64,000 bases of DNA from an uncultured Bacteroidales bacterium (GTDB lineage: Bacteria > Bacillota_I > Bacilli_A > RFN20 > CAG-826), in NCBI GenBank assembly GCA_963650805.1, contig CAVJMG010000004.1:44155-108154 (forward strand). The letters are read 5' to 3'. Position 1 is the first letter of the stretch, and every line of letters begins with the position of its first letter. The notes under the pieces are model-generated. The model worked only from the letters and a program-made list of their open reading frames with translations. It made no database searches and was not told the DNA's origin. Below, in pieces: positions 46,346-56,316 of the stretch. The position numbers and the translations under genes are program-made.

Positions 46346-47746
46346 ATGCCGCAGAATGATTATCTTTCGACAGAGAAACCCGGGAAATTGCTTTTCCGTT
46401 TCGCTTTGCCTTGTGTGCTTTCGCTTCTATTAAGCGCGCTTTATAACATTGTTGATCAGATATTCATTGGGAACTCCAACGTTGGAGCCATCGGGAATAC
46501 GGCGACTTCCATCGTTTTTCCTTTGACTTGCATTGGCTTGGCTTTTGGGCTTCTTCTTGGCGATGGATGCGCGGCTTATCTTTCTCTTTGCCAAGGGAAG
46601 AAGGATACCAAAGACGTTTCCAAGGCGATTGCGACTAGTTTCTTGTTCGGCATCGTGATTTCGATCCTTGTTTTAGCTATTTGCTTTCCGCTCATGGATG
46701 CCATTCTCAGCTTCCTTGGAGCTAAGACCGAAGCTTCTTTGCAAGCGTCGAAAGAATATGCTTTTTGGATCGTTATCAGTTTGCCTTTTTCGATCCTTTC
46801 GAATGCCTTCGTTCCGTTAATCAGAGCGGATGGATCTCCTAAAACGGCAATGATCGCTACGGTTAGCGGCTGCCTTATCAACATCGTTTTGGATGCGGTT
46901 TTCATTTTCCCGCTCAACATGGGCCTTACCGGAGCGGCTTTAGCGACAGCCATCGGCATCTTTGCCACCTTCCTCATCAGCATTGTTTATCTTTTCAAAC
47001 CGAAGACCTTTAAATTAACATTATCGGATTTCATTCCGGATTTGCGCTTGCTGTGGAAGGTTCTAGTCGCGGGATGCTCAAGTTTTCTTACCCAAGTATC
47101 CATCATTATCATATCCATTGTTTCAATGAACATGCTCGCTAAATATGGTGCCCAATCAAAGTATGGTGCCAATGATCCCCAAGCTATCATCGGTGTCGTC
47201 CTAAAGGTATTTTCTATCTTCGTTAATATCGGGATTGGCATCGCCGCCGGGGCTCAGCCTATCATTGGCTATAATTACGGCGCTAAGGATTACAAACGCG
47301 TTAAAAAGACCTTCGGATATGTATTGATTTCGACTTTGTGTGTTGGCTTGGTCGCAACAATTTTATTCCAATCGATTCCATCCTATATTATAAGAATATT
47401 CGGCTCCAATTCGTCCAATCCCGAGCTTTACATTGAGTTTGGCGAAAAGGCCGTCCGCATCTATTTGATGCTGATTATCTTCACTTTGGTCACCAAGATT
47501 TCTTCCATTTTCCTCCAGTCCATAGGCTACGCCTTGCAAGCGACATTGCTTTCCTTGATTCGTGACGTAATTAGCTTTGTTCCTTTGACTTTGCTTTTGC
47601 CTCTTGGGATGGGTCTAGATGGCGTTTTGTGGGCGGCTCCGTTTGCAGATATATGCGGCGTTATATTCGCAGTCTTCTTCTTAATTTTCGCTTTCAAAAA
47701 GATGAACTCAGAGGGGAAAACTCTCGCATCTTGCCAAGCGGAATGA
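46346..47746 (+). CDS. MATE-family efflux transporter.
   Basis: 12 TM helices. N-terminal LLFRFALPCVLSLLLSALYNIVDQIFIG, typical of the MATE N-lobe. RBS aggagg. Confidence 0.8.
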   Translation: MPQNDYLSTEKPGKLLFRFALPCVLSLLLSALYNIVDQIFIGNSNVGAIGNTATSIVFPLTCIGLAFGLLLGDGCAAYLSLCQGKKDTKDVSKAIATSFLFGIVISILVLAICFPLMDAILSFLGAKTEASLQASKEYAFWIVISLPFSILSNAFVPLIRADGSPKTAMIATVSGCLINIVLDAVFIFPLNMGLTGAALATAIGIFATFLISIVYLFKPKTFKLTLSDFIPDLRLLWKVLVAGCSSFLTQVSIIIISIVSMNMLAKYGAQSKYGANDPQAIIGVVLKVFSIFVNIGIGIAAGAQPIIGYNYGAKDYKRVKKTFGYVLISTLCVGLVATILFQSIPSYIIRIFGSNSSNPELYIEFGEKAVRIYLMLIIFTLVTKISSIFLQSIGYALQATLLSLIRDVISFVPLTLLLPLGMGLDGVLWAAPFADICGVIFAVFFLIFAFKKMNSEGKTLASCQAE

Positions 47747-47853
47747 AAAAAGTCCTGCCCCTCTGATTGGGATAGAACTTTTAGAAAATCGGTTTTTCAA
47801 TCGGGATGCTTCAACGCTGTGTGCGTTGGAAGAGTAGCGCGTTTCCGAAAAGT

Positions 47854-49389
47854 CTATTCAAGTTCAATCGTTGCGGGTGGTTTGCTTGTGAAATCGTAGA
47901 CGACGCGGTTAACCCCATCGACTTCGTTGACGATTCTGTCGCTGACCCTTGTGATAAAGGAATAGGGCAGTTCGACGGGCTTAGCGGTCATAAAATCATC
48001 GGTTGTAACGGCGCGAAGCACGATCGCATAATCGTAAGTTCTGCTATCGCCCATAACTCCGACGGACCTCATATTTGATAAAGCGGCGAAGAATTGCGAG
48101 GATTTTTTGTCAAAACCTTCCTTTTTCATCTCTTCTCTGAAGATTGCGTCGGCCTCTTGCACGATTTTGACTTTCTCCTCGGTGACCTCGCCAATGATTC
48201 GGATTCCTAGGCCTGGGCCAGGGAAGGGTTGACGGAAAATGAGCTCTTTGGGAAGACCTAAAAGCAAACCGACTTCTCTGACTTCGTCTTTGAAGAGATC
48301 CTTCAAGGGCTCGACGATGCCTTCGAATCCCGTGTCTTTGGGCAAGCCACCGACATTGTGGTGGGATTTGATTTTGGCGGATATGCCTAATCCGCTTTCG
48401 ATGCGGTCAGGGTAGATGGTTCCCTGGGCGAGGAATTCGCAATGGGGGATGCGCTTCTGCACCTGGTTGAAGACGTCGATGAATGTCTTGCCGATGATTT
48501 TGCGTTTTTGCTCAGGTTCGCTGACACCTTTGAGGCGGGTTAAGAACAGGGAGGAGGCGTTTTCTGCGATGAAGTTTAGGTGGTATTTTTCTTTATTGCC
48601 GAAGATCGCGCAGACCTGTTTGGCCTCGTCTTTTCTCAGCAAGCCGTGATCAACGAAAACGCAGGTCAGGTTTTCTCCGATCGCTTTGTCTAAGATGGCG
48701 GCCGTTACGGAGGAATCGACTCCTCCAGAAAGCGCGCAGATGACTTTTTTGTCGCCAACTTGCCTTTTGATTTCGGCAATCTGAGTTTCTATGAAGGAAG
48801 ACGGTTGCCATTCACCATGGCATCTGCAGATTCCCAAGACGAAATTTTCGATGATTCTTTGTCCGTAGACAGTGTGCTCGACTTCCGGGTGGAACTGCGT
48901 CGCGTAAAGCCGCTTTTGGCTATTTTCGAAAATCGCGTTCTCACAATCGAAGCTGCTGCCTAACCTTTGGAAGCCTTCGGGAAGAACGGTGACTCTATCG
49001 TTATGGGACATGAAAACGGCGCTTTTTTCGGGAATGCCTTTTAATAGAGGCGACTGATAGACGAGGCTGACTTCGATGTTCCCATATTCGGAATTTATCG
49101 TCGGTTCGACTTTCCCTCCGAGGGTATAGGCCATCAATTGCGCCCCATAGCAAATCCCGAGAATGGGTTTCCCGAGGTTGAAGATCGCGGAATCGACGTG
49201 AGGCGAGGTTTCTTCGTAGGCGCTATTGGGGCCGCCGGTGAAGATAATCCCTTTGATGTCCTCGCTTTCTAATTTTGAAAGCGGCGTATTGTAGGGGAGA
49301 ACTTCGCTATAGACACGGCATTGGCGGACTCTTCGGGCGATCAATTGGTTGTATTGGCCGCCGAAGTCTAGGACGATGATTTTTTCCAT
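47854..49389 (-). CDS. guaA: GMP synthase (glutamine-hydrolysing).
   Basis: GATase block ILGICYGAQLM. ATP-PPase P-loop SGGVDSSV. C-terminal KPPATIELE. Start set at MEKIIVLDFGGQYNQL (ATG 49389). The track start at 49569 overlaps rarA. Confidence 0.9.
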   Translation of the reverse strand: MEKIIVLDFGGQYNQLIARRVRQCRVYSEVLPYNTPLSKLESEDIKGIIFTGGPNSAYEETSPHVDSAIFNLGKPILGICYGAQLMAYTLGGKVEPTINSEYGNIEVSLVYQSPLLKGIPEKSAVFMSHNDRVTVLPEGFQRLGSSFDCENAIFENSQKRLYATQFHPEVEHTVYGQRIIENFVLGICRCHGEWQPSSFIETQIAEIKRQVGDKKVICALSGGVDSSVTAAILDKAIGENLTCVFVDHGLLRKDEAKQVCAIFGNKEKYHLNFIAENASSLFLTRLKGVSEPEQKRKIIGKTFIDVFNQVQKRIPHCEFLAQGTIYPDRIESGLGISAKIKSHHNVGGLPKDTGFEGIVEPLKDLFKDEVREVGLLLGLPKELIFRQPFPGPGLGIRIIGEVTEEKVKIVQEADAIFREEMKKEGFDKKSSQFFAALSNMRSVGVMGDSRTYDYAIVLRAVTTDDFMTAKPVELPYSFITRVSDRIVNEVDGVNRVVYDFTSKPPATIELE

Positions 49390-49495
49390 GTGTTTTACCT
49401 TTAGGAAATTGTGCGGCATTTTCTTCCCCTTTGATAGAGGAAAACGCTTTCTCTTCCTTTTGGAAGAAATTCCAAGGAATGGTAGGATACTCCCC

Positions 49496-50821
49496 ATGGA
49501 GCAAGGCACCCTTTTTGGAAAAGAAACAAGCGAACCCTTAGCCGCGAGGCTTCGCCCCCAAGACCTCAATGAGTTCGTGGGTCAAAAGCATCTTTTAGGC
49601 GAAGGGAAAATCCTAAGGAAGCTCATTGAGGGAGATCAGGTCTCTTCGATGATTTTTTGGGGCCCTCCCGGGGTTGGCAAGACGACCCTTGCCCAGATTA
49701 TCGCCAACAAAACCAAGGCGACGTTCATCAATTTCTCCGCGGTAACCTCAGGAATCAAAGAAATCAAAGAGGTTATGGAGCGCGCGGAGAAAAACCACCA
49801 ATACGGCGAGAAGACCATTCTTTTCGTCGACGAAATCCATCGCTTCAACAAAGCCCAGCAAGACGCTTTCCTCCCTTACGTTGAGAAAGGCTCCATCACA
49901 TTGATCGGCGCCACTACGGAGAATCCCTCCTTTGAGGTGAATTCGGCTTTGCTGTCCCGCTGCAAAGTTTTCGTTTTAAAACCTTTGGAAGAGGATGACC
50001 TTGTAGAATTATTGAAAAGAGCGGTTTCCTCGCCTAAAGGGTTTGGCGAAAGCGAGATTTCTTTTGAAGATGGCGCCCTTGAATCGATTGCCTCTTTTGC
50101 CAATGGGGACGCTAGAAAAGCTCTTTCGACTTTGGAAATGGCGATTCTTAACGGCGAGGCTAAAACCGATGGCAGCCTTTTCGTTTCCAAAGACGACATC
50201 GCCCAATGCACCTCCAAAAAATCGCTGCTTTACGATAAAAAAGGCGAGGAGCATTACAATCTGATTTCCGCGCTCCATAAATCCATGCGCAATAGCGATG
50301 CCGACGCATCGGTATATTGGTTGGCGAGAATGTTAGAATCTGGAGAGGATCCCCTATATATCGCCAGGCGAATCGTGAGGTTTGCTTCCGAAGACGTGGG
50401 AATGGCCGATCCCCGCGCCTTGGAAATGGCCATCGCCGCATATCAAGCCTGCCATTTCATCGGCGTCCCTGAATGTAACGTCAACCTCACTCAAGCCGTT
50501 GTTTATATGGCCTTGGCCCCAAAATCCAACGCGATGGAAGTTTCTTATAACGCCGCTGCGAAAGACGCCCTTGAAACCTTTGCCGAACCCGTCCCTATGG
50601 ACATCCGGAATGCCCCAACCGGGCTTATGAAAGAGCTTGGCTATGGAAAGGGGTACCAATACGCCCATGACGCCCCGGAGAAACTGACCAATGAAGTTTG
50701 CTTGCCGCCCAAGCTTGCGGGCAAGGAATACTACAAGCCCACCGAAGAGGGTTTGGAAGCTCGTTACAAAGCCAGAAACGAGCAGATTAAGAAATGGAAG
50801 AAAGAGCATCGCGGCAAGTGA
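49496..50821 (+). CDS. rarA: Replication-associated recombination protein A (MgsA/RarA AAA+ ATPase).
   Basis: [20 protein letters not shown]. Walker [10 protein letters not shown]. Walker [13 protein letters not shown]. Start set at the [13 protein letters not shown]. Confidence 0.9.
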   Translation: MEQGTLFGKETSEPLAARLRPQDLNEFVGQKHLLGEGKILRKLIEGDQVSSMIFWGPPGVGKTTLAQIIANKTKATFINFSAVTSGIKEIKEVMERAEKNHQYGEKTILFVDEIHRFNKAQQDAFLPYVEKGSITLIGATTENPSFEVNSALLSRCKVFVLKPLEEDDLVELLKRAVSSPKGFGESEISFEDGALESIASFANGDARKALSTLEMAILNGEAKTDGSLFVSKDDIAQCTSKKSLLYDKKGEEHYNLISALHKSMRNSDADASVYWLARMLESGEDPLYIARRIVRFASEDVGMADPRALEMAIAAYQACHFIGVPECNVNLTQAVVYMALAPKSNAMEVSYNAAAKDALETFAEPVPMDIRNAPTGLMKELGYGKGYQYAHDAPEKLTNEVCLPPKLAGKEYYKPTEEGLEARYKARNEQIKKWKKEHRGK

Positions 50822-50850
50822 CCCGTGCTAGAATGAGTGGGAGATATTTT

Positions 50851-52008
50851 ATGAACGAAGAAATCAAAGTTACACCCAAAGTCATGCTGACTGGAGATCG
50901 TCCTACGGGAAGACTCCACATAGGCCATTACGTAGGTTCTTTAAGGCGTCGCGTTGAATTGCAGGAGCAGGGCGATTTCAATGAGATGTACATCATGATC
51001 GCCGATACCCAAGCCCTTACGGACAACGCTGGCAACCCCCAAAAGGTAAGGGACAACATCGTTGAAGTTGCTTTGGACTACCTTGCCGCCGGTATCGATC
51101 CGAACAAGGTCACGATATTTGTGCAGTCCCGCGTTCCTGAACTTTTTGAGTTCACTTGCTATTTCTTGGATTTGGTCTCCTATTCCCGCTTGGTGCGGAA
51201 CCCAACGGTCAAATCCGAGCTTGCCATGCGCAAATTCGGAGACTCCATTCCCGTGGGCTTCATGACCTATCCAATCTCTCAAGCTGCGGACATTCTTATG
51301 TTTGGCACAACGATTGTTCCTGTGGGGGAAGATCAAGAGCCTATGGTGGAACAAACCAATGAAATTGCCCGCAAATTCAACTCCATTTATGGCAACGTAT
51401 TCCAAGAAGCCAAGATTTTGCTTCCGGAATCCGAGGCGGCAAAGCGTCTTCCAGGGACTGATGGAAAAGCTAAAATGAGCAAATCTTTGGGCAATTGCAT
51501 TTACCTTAGCGACGACGCGAAAACCGTCGAGAAACAGGTGATGTCGATGTTTACCGATCCCACCCATCTCCAAGTCAACGATCCTGGCCACACCGAGGGG
51601 AACCCAGTGTTTACTTACCTTGACGCTTTTGCTAAGGATGAGCATTTCGCCTCTTTCTTGCCTCAATACAAGAATCTCGATGAACTAAAAGCCCATTATC
51701 GCAAAGGCGGGCTCGGCGACGTTGTCGTCAAAAGATTCTTGGTCAATGTCATTAACTCCACCCTTGAGCCCATGCGCATAAAAAGACACGAGCTTGAGAA
51801 TAATGTTCAAGACGTGTATGCGATTTTGGAAGAAGGCAGCAAAAAAGCCGAGCAAAAAGCTTCCTATATCGCCATGAAGGCGAGACGCGCCATGGGGATA
51901 AATTACTTTGAGAACCATAAGCTCATTGAGAAACAACAAAAGGCTTATAACCGCGCCCATGAACAGCAAAAGGCGCTTGAGGAGTATTTGGCCAAAAGCA
52001 AAAAATAG
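50851..52008 (+). CDS. trpS: Tryptophan--tRNA ligase, with a ~50-aa C-terminal extension.
   Basis: HIGH region TGDRPTGRLHIGHYVG. TrpRS-specific MIADTQALT. KMSKS present. Start at MNEEIK (RBS gggag). Confidence 0.85.
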   Translation: MNEEIKVTPKVMLTGDRPTGRLHIGHYVGSLRRRVELQEQGDFNEMYIMIADTQALTDNAGNPQKVRDNIVEVALDYLAAGIDPNKVTIFVQSRVPELFEFTCYFLDLVSYSRLVRNPTVKSELAMRKFGDSIPVGFMTYPISQAADILMFGTTIVPVGEDQEPMVEQTNEIARKFNSIYGNVFQEAKILLPESEAAKRLPGTDGKAKMSKSLGNCIYLSDDAKTVEKQVMSMFTDPTHLQVNDPGHTEGNPVFTYLDAFAKDEHFASFLPQYKNLDELKAHYRKGGLGDVVVKRFLVNVINSTLEPMRIKRHELENNVQDVYAILEEGSKKAEQKASYIAMKARRAMGINYFENHKLIEKQQKAYNRAHEQQKALEEYLAKSKK

Positions 52009-52069
52009 AGGTAATTCACTTCTTTGCTTGCGATGCTATGATTAGTCGTCCGGCTTAGCCGGGAAAAAT

Positions 52070-52172
52070 AAAGGCTTTCTTGAGTAGATGGTCCGCGTTA
52101 AGTGCTTGGGGATGGGAGGTCGCCCCAAGACGAAGGAACAATCCGCGGTGGGCCATCGCTGCCGCTTGGATA
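52070..52172 (+). promoter_or_regulatory. THF (tetrahydrofolate) riboswitch.
   Basis: GAGUAGAUGGUCCGCGUUAAGUG...GAUGGGAGGUCG...ACGAAGG...CCGCGGUGGGCCAUC...CCGCU matches the THF-I aptamer. Helices covary: GAUGGCC/GGCCAUC and CUUGGGG/CCCCAAG. Downstream CCUCCCC can pair with the RBS GAGGAAAGG. Confidence 0.8.
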
Positions 52173-52201
52173 GCCTAGCCTCCCCATGAGGAAAGGATTT
52201 T

Positions 52202-52798
52202 ATGGGGAAATCAGATTCGCTTATTCGACGCATGTGCGTCGACGGCATGCTTGTCGGTTTGTTTGTCGTGCTTACGCTGGTCAATATCAAGATTGGTCCG
52301 ATGATCAGGGTGAGCTTTGGCTCTTTGCCCGTTGTTTTCGCTTCTTTGATTTTCGGCCCCGTTGATGGTCTTATCATCGCTATTCTTGGCGAATTCATTT
52401 CTCAGACCATCAATTATGGTTTTAGCTTGACCACTCCGATTTGGGTTTTGGTTCCTGCGGTAAGAGCGCTCATAATCGGCGGCGTTTCTTCTCTTTTCAA
52501 ACGCAAGGGAGAACTGCTTGAACGGCACCTCGTATTTTATTTTATTACTCTTGTCTTTGCTTCTCTTGCCGTTACGGCGGCGAATACCGGAGCTTCCTTT
52601 TTGGATGCTTATCTTTATCAATACCCCTTCGCTTTCGTTTGGGCCACGAACGCGATTCGGGCCGCTATCTCGATAGTGACATCTATCGTTATTGGCGTTG
52701 TTTGCATCCCCTTGGTCAAGGCCATTGGTTCGTTGGTTTATCCTGGCGATCGTTATCGCTACAAAAAGAACTCTAAAACTGACGATGACAAAAAATAA
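52202..52798 (+). CDS. ECF-transporter S component, folate-family (FolT-like).
   Basis: About 6 TM helices and 198 aa. Directly downstream of the THF riboswitch. Confidence 0.7.
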   Translation: MGKSDSLIRRMCVDGMLVGLFVVLTLVNIKIGPMIRVSFGSLPVVFASLIFGPVDGLIIAILGEFISQTINYGFSLTTPIWVLVPAVRALIIGGVSSLFKRKGELLERHLVFYFITLVFASLAVTAANTGASFLDAYLYQYPFAFVWATNAIRAAISIVTSIVIGVVCIPLVKAIGSLVYPGDRYRYKKNSKTDDDKK

Positions 52799-52899
52799 GC
52801 CGTTATTGCGGTGAAAACATTGCTAAAACGATATAATTTATTGCTTTCGAAAACCATGAAACAGGCTTTTTAAGGTTTTTTATCTTGAGGTTTCCGTGC

Positions 52900-54204
52900 T
52901 TAGCAATACAAGGCATAAAGGCCAAGAGATGAGAAAACCGAAGCAATCGGAACAAGTATCAAGCCATATTTCATGAAGGACAAGAAATTGAAATTGACGT
53001 CATATTTCTTGAGAATCGACATCCACATGATTCCCGCCAAAGCCCCTATAGGGGTGAGATAAGCCCCAATGTTTGAGCCGATGATTGTTGAGAAGATGGC
53101 TATCTCGGATTTTCTTTCTAAAATGGAGGAATATAGGACGGACATCGGAATGTTGTTTATGACATTATCGAATAGAGTTGAAGAAATCGAGTAGGAGAAA
53201 GCTTCCGCCAAAGGGTTAACGGACAAAGCGTTCAACACATTTTCCAAAGAAACGGTTATTTCGTTTTCCTTTAACGAAAGCACGAGGATGAACATCGATA
53301 AAATGAAAGGAATAAGGTTGTACGGCAATCGCTTGTAGGGCTCTATCAGATAGCTTTTGTCCTTAAGCTTGATGGAATAGCCTAGCAAGACGAAGGATAG
53401 GAGAACCATAGAAGCGAGACAAATCAACCACATTTCCAGGGCGATGTAATTTGACGCGACTAAAAGAATTGTGGTCGCCGATAAAATGACGAGGTTGACA
53501 ATGACGAGGCTTTTGCTTTTCAAGGCGGCATCTTCGAGCTCGATTCTTTCTACGGGTTTGCGAAGATCCTTCCTAAAAAGCAACAAAATAGCCCCTAAAG
53601 TAGTTAGCCCAGCCAAGAATGTAGGCAGCCACATTTTAGATAGGTAATAAGCGAAGCTGATGTTTTCCGAGCCCGCTAAATAAATGTTCGTGGGGTTCCC
53701 GATCGATAAAAGCATAGAATAGGTGTTCGCATTTACGAATTCGCATATCAAAAAGGGTATGGGGTTGATTTTGGCTTTTTTGGAAAAGGAAATGATGAAG
53801 GGGGTTAGGGACAAGATGACGATGTCGTTGGAAGTAAAAATGGTTAAAACGGCCACGAGAAAATAAAGGGCAAAGAAGATTTTGTATTGGCTTCCTTGAG
53901 ACGCTTTGAGTACTTTTGAAGAAAGATAATTGAAGAAATTGAGCTCATCTAGCGAAATCGAAATCATGGATAAAGAGATAAATAGAACAAGAATTTTTAT
54001 CGGATTCATTTTCCCTTCGAATAGGCTTGGCAAAAGGCTAGAGAAATCAATCTGCAAGCTAGCCAAGGCAAATGAGGCACCTAATAAAGGGGCTATCCAG
54101 AACGTTTGGAATGAGAGCTTGCCTATCTTTAGCGTTGGCTTCCAGATTATCGAGGCAAGCATGAGCGATATGGTTACAAGGAAAGTTGCAAGGGACAAGA
54201 CCAT
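52900..54204 (-). CDS. ArsB/NhaD-superfamily anion permease-like membrane transporter.
   Basis: About 12 TM helices arranged as two repeats. Family assignment from general topology only. Confidence 0.5.
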   Translation of the reverse strand: MVLSLATFLVTISLMLASIIWKPTLKIGKLSFQTFWIAPLLGASFALASLQIDFSSLLPSLFEGKMNPIKILVLFISLSMISISLDELNFFNYLSSKVLKASQGSQYKIFFALYFLVAVLTIFTSNDIVILSLTPFIISFSKKAKINPIPFLICEFVNANTYSMLLSIGNPTNIYLAGSENISFAYYLSKMWLPTFLAGLTTLGAILLLFRKDLRKPVERIELEDAALKSKSLVIVNLVILSATTILLVASNYIALEMWLICLASMVLLSFVLLGYSIKLKDKSYLIEPYKRLPYNLIPFILSMFILVLSLKENEITVSLENVLNALSVNPLAEAFSYSISSTLFDNVINNIPMSVLYSSILERKSEIAIFSTIIGSNIGAYLTPIGALAGIMWMSILKKYDVNFNFLSFMKYGLILVPIASVFSSLGLYALYC

Positions 54205-54325
54205 AAAAACGGGCAGTATTATATCTTTTCCCCTAAGAACGGGCGAAAGGGAAAGGAGGCGTTTGCATGCCTAGATAGAATTTTCTTTTGTTAGCGATAT
54301 AATCCAACAGCAACGAGGAGTATTT

Positions 54326-55540
54326 ATGGAAGGAAAAGAACTAGCCAAACAGTGTTTAAGCTGCGCTAAGCCCCTTTGTCAAAGTGGTTGTCCAGTAGGA
54401 AATTTGATTCGCGATTTCATCGCTGAGGTTAAAGGCGACAACCTCAGTCAAGCCGCCACCGTCCTTTACTCGGTCAACCCTTTTCCCGAAATCACCTCCG
54501 CTCTTTGCGACCACAAAAGGCAATGCCAAGGGCACTGCGTAAAAGGCATCAGGGGGAAGGCGGTCGAAATCCCTTCCATTGAGAGCTTCATTGCTTCTTC
54601 TTGCCCTAGAGATCTCAGCAGAAAAGCTTCAAATAATAGAAGGATTGCAATAATTGGAGCCGGAATTGCGGGGCTTTCTGCGGCTTGGTTCCTCGCGAAA
54701 GAAGGGTTTGAAGTAGAGGTTTTTGAAAAGGAAACCGCTTTGGGCGGCGCGATTTATACCGGCATTCCAAGCCACCGTTTCTCAAAAGCCCCTTTAAAGA
54801 AAATCCATCAAGACCTCGTGGCGCTAGGCGTCGATTTCCATTTTGGCGTTGAAATCGGTTCCGATTTAGCTCTTAAAGACGTCATGTCCAAATTCGATTC
54901 CGTTTTACTTTGCCTTGGCGCGAGCAAAGAAAACCTCCCATCTTTCAAAGCGAATAAGGGCTTCGTTCCCGGGCTGGAGCTGCTTTATAAAATTAACATC
55001 GATGGCGAAGCCTACGGTGAATATTCCACCTGCGTCGTTTGGGGCGGCGGGAACGTTGCCATGGACTGCGCTAGAAGCTTAAGAAAATTAGGCAAAGAAG
55101 TCACTTTGGTCTATCGCCGGTCTAGAAAAGAAATGCCCGCGAATGATTGCGAGGTCGAAGAAGCTTCAAATGAAGGCGTGAAATTTGCTTTCTTAAACAA
55201 CGTCAAAGATTTGATAAAAAACGAAAACGACGAAGTGGTTGGCTTGAATTTGGTGAAGATGGAACTTGGCGAGAAAGACGCCTCTGGCCGCGCTTCTTTC
55301 CATGAGGTTCCCGATTCTTCTTACCTAATTGACTGCGATCTCCTTGTTCCCGCCATCGGGCAAAAAGCCGATTTCAGCAATCTCGGAATGAATATCAGCG
55401 TCGGCGAAGGCCACAAGACGAATATCGACCGCGCTTTCGCTTCCGGAGATTGTTTCCTAGGGCCCAAGAATATTGCTTCATGCATAAAAGACGGCCGCTT
55501 GGCCGCCTTTGAAATCATGGATTCTTTGAAAAAGGATTAA
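54326..55540 (+). CDS. GltD-family NAD(P)H-dependent oxidoreductase (glutamate synthase small-subunit-like, with an N-terminal Fe-S cysteine cluster).
   Basis: CxxCxxxC...C N-terminal cysteines. FAD/NAD dinucleotide motifs IAIIGAGIAGLSAA and VVWGGGNVAMDCA. Confidence 0.7.
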   Translation: MEGKELAKQCLSCAKPLCQSGCPVGNLIRDFIAEVKGDNLSQAATVLYSVNPFPEITSALCDHKRQCQGHCVKGIRGKAVEIPSIESFIASSCPRDLSRKASNNRRIAIIGAGIAGLSAAWFLAKEGFEVEVFEKETALGGAIYTGIPSHRFSKAPLKKIHQDLVALGVDFHFGVEIGSDLALKDVMSKFDSVLLCLGASKENLPSFKANKGFVPGLELLYKINIDGEAYGEYSTCVVWGGGNVAMDCARSLRKLGKEVTLVYRRSRKEMPANDCEVEEASNEGVKFAFLNNVKDLIKNENDEVVGLNLVKMELGEKDASGRASFHEVPDSSYLIDCDLLVPAIGQKADFSNLGMNISVGEGHKTNIDRAFASGDCFLGPKNIASCIKDGRLAAFEIMDSLKKD

Positions 55541-56256
55541 CGATCCAACTCTTTCTTAATGTCGAAGAGTTGGAAAGTCACCATATCAGCCCCGTCTTTA
55601 ACGGCTCGTAGCTGTTCGGGGGTTTCAATCGTCCATACGTTGATGACGCCGCCCCCTTTTCGATACTGCTGCACTTTCTTTTGGTTTACGAGGGTTTGCT
55701 CGATGTCCACGGCGTCATAGTGGTGGCGTAACTTCCAAGTCCATTCGTATTCTTTGCACACCAAAAGCTGCCTTTGGAAACGCTTGCCGATTCCTAGCAA
55801 CGCCCTCGGATCAAAAGAAATCAAAACGATAGATTTCTCGTTTTTGATGGAGGAGAGCTCTTCCGTGACTTTTTTCCTCAAGGGTTTGTAATTGGCCTTG
55901 TGGACCTTAAGCTCGACGACAATGGGAACTCTTTCTTGATTCAACGCGAGAACTTCGGAAAATAGCGGGACCTTTTCACCGTCTGCAAGGCGGTAGGATT
56001 TTTCGATCTCCTCGCTGGTGAGCTCTTCAATGATACCTGGCTTTCCGGTGGTGCGGAGCAAATCGTCGTCATGGCAGACGATGAGCTGATTATCCAAGGT
56101 CAAATGGACGTCGAGCTCGAAAGCCATGTTGGCCTCAATGGCTTTTCTAAAAGCCTCCAAGCCGTTTTCGGTTACTCCTCCTCCATGGAGTCCTCGATGG
56201 CAGATGCCGTTAAAAACTCGGGGGTCGTATTTGCTTAGACGTGAATTGTTATCCAT
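55537..56256 (-). CDS. Glycerophosphodiester phosphodiesterase.
   Basis: ICHRGLHGG and ELDVHLTLDNQLIVCHDDDL GDPD motifs. Confidence 0.85.
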   Translation of the reverse strand: MDNNSRLSKYDPRVFNGICHRGLHGGGVTENGLEAFRKAIEANMAFELDVHLTLDNQLIVCHDDDLLRTTGKPGIIEELTSEEIEKSYRLADGEKVPLFSEVLALNQERVPIVVELKVHKANYKPLRKKVTEELSSIKNEKSIVLISFDPRALLGIGKRFQRQLLVCKEYEWTWKLRHHYDAVDIEQTLVNQKKVQQYRKGGGVINVWTIETPEQLRAVKDGADMVTFQLFDIKKELDR

Positions 56257-56316
56257 ATTCGCTTTGCCTGATTTGAAATAGATTGTAATTCTTTTCGTCT
56301 GGATAACAATTGTTCT

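Noticed and set aside
47854-49569. 60-codon N-terminal extension of guaA in the ORF track
   Set aside because: The extension overlaps the rarA start region on the opposite strand. Canonical GuaA begins at MEKIIVLDFGGQYNQL (ATG 49389), which gives 512 aa.
50794-50850. 19-codon N-terminal extension of trpS in the ORF track ([19 protein letters not shown])
   Set aside because: It overlaps the rarA 3' end and lacks an RBS. The internal ATG at 50851 has a GGGAG RBS and gives a canonical TrpRS N-terminus.
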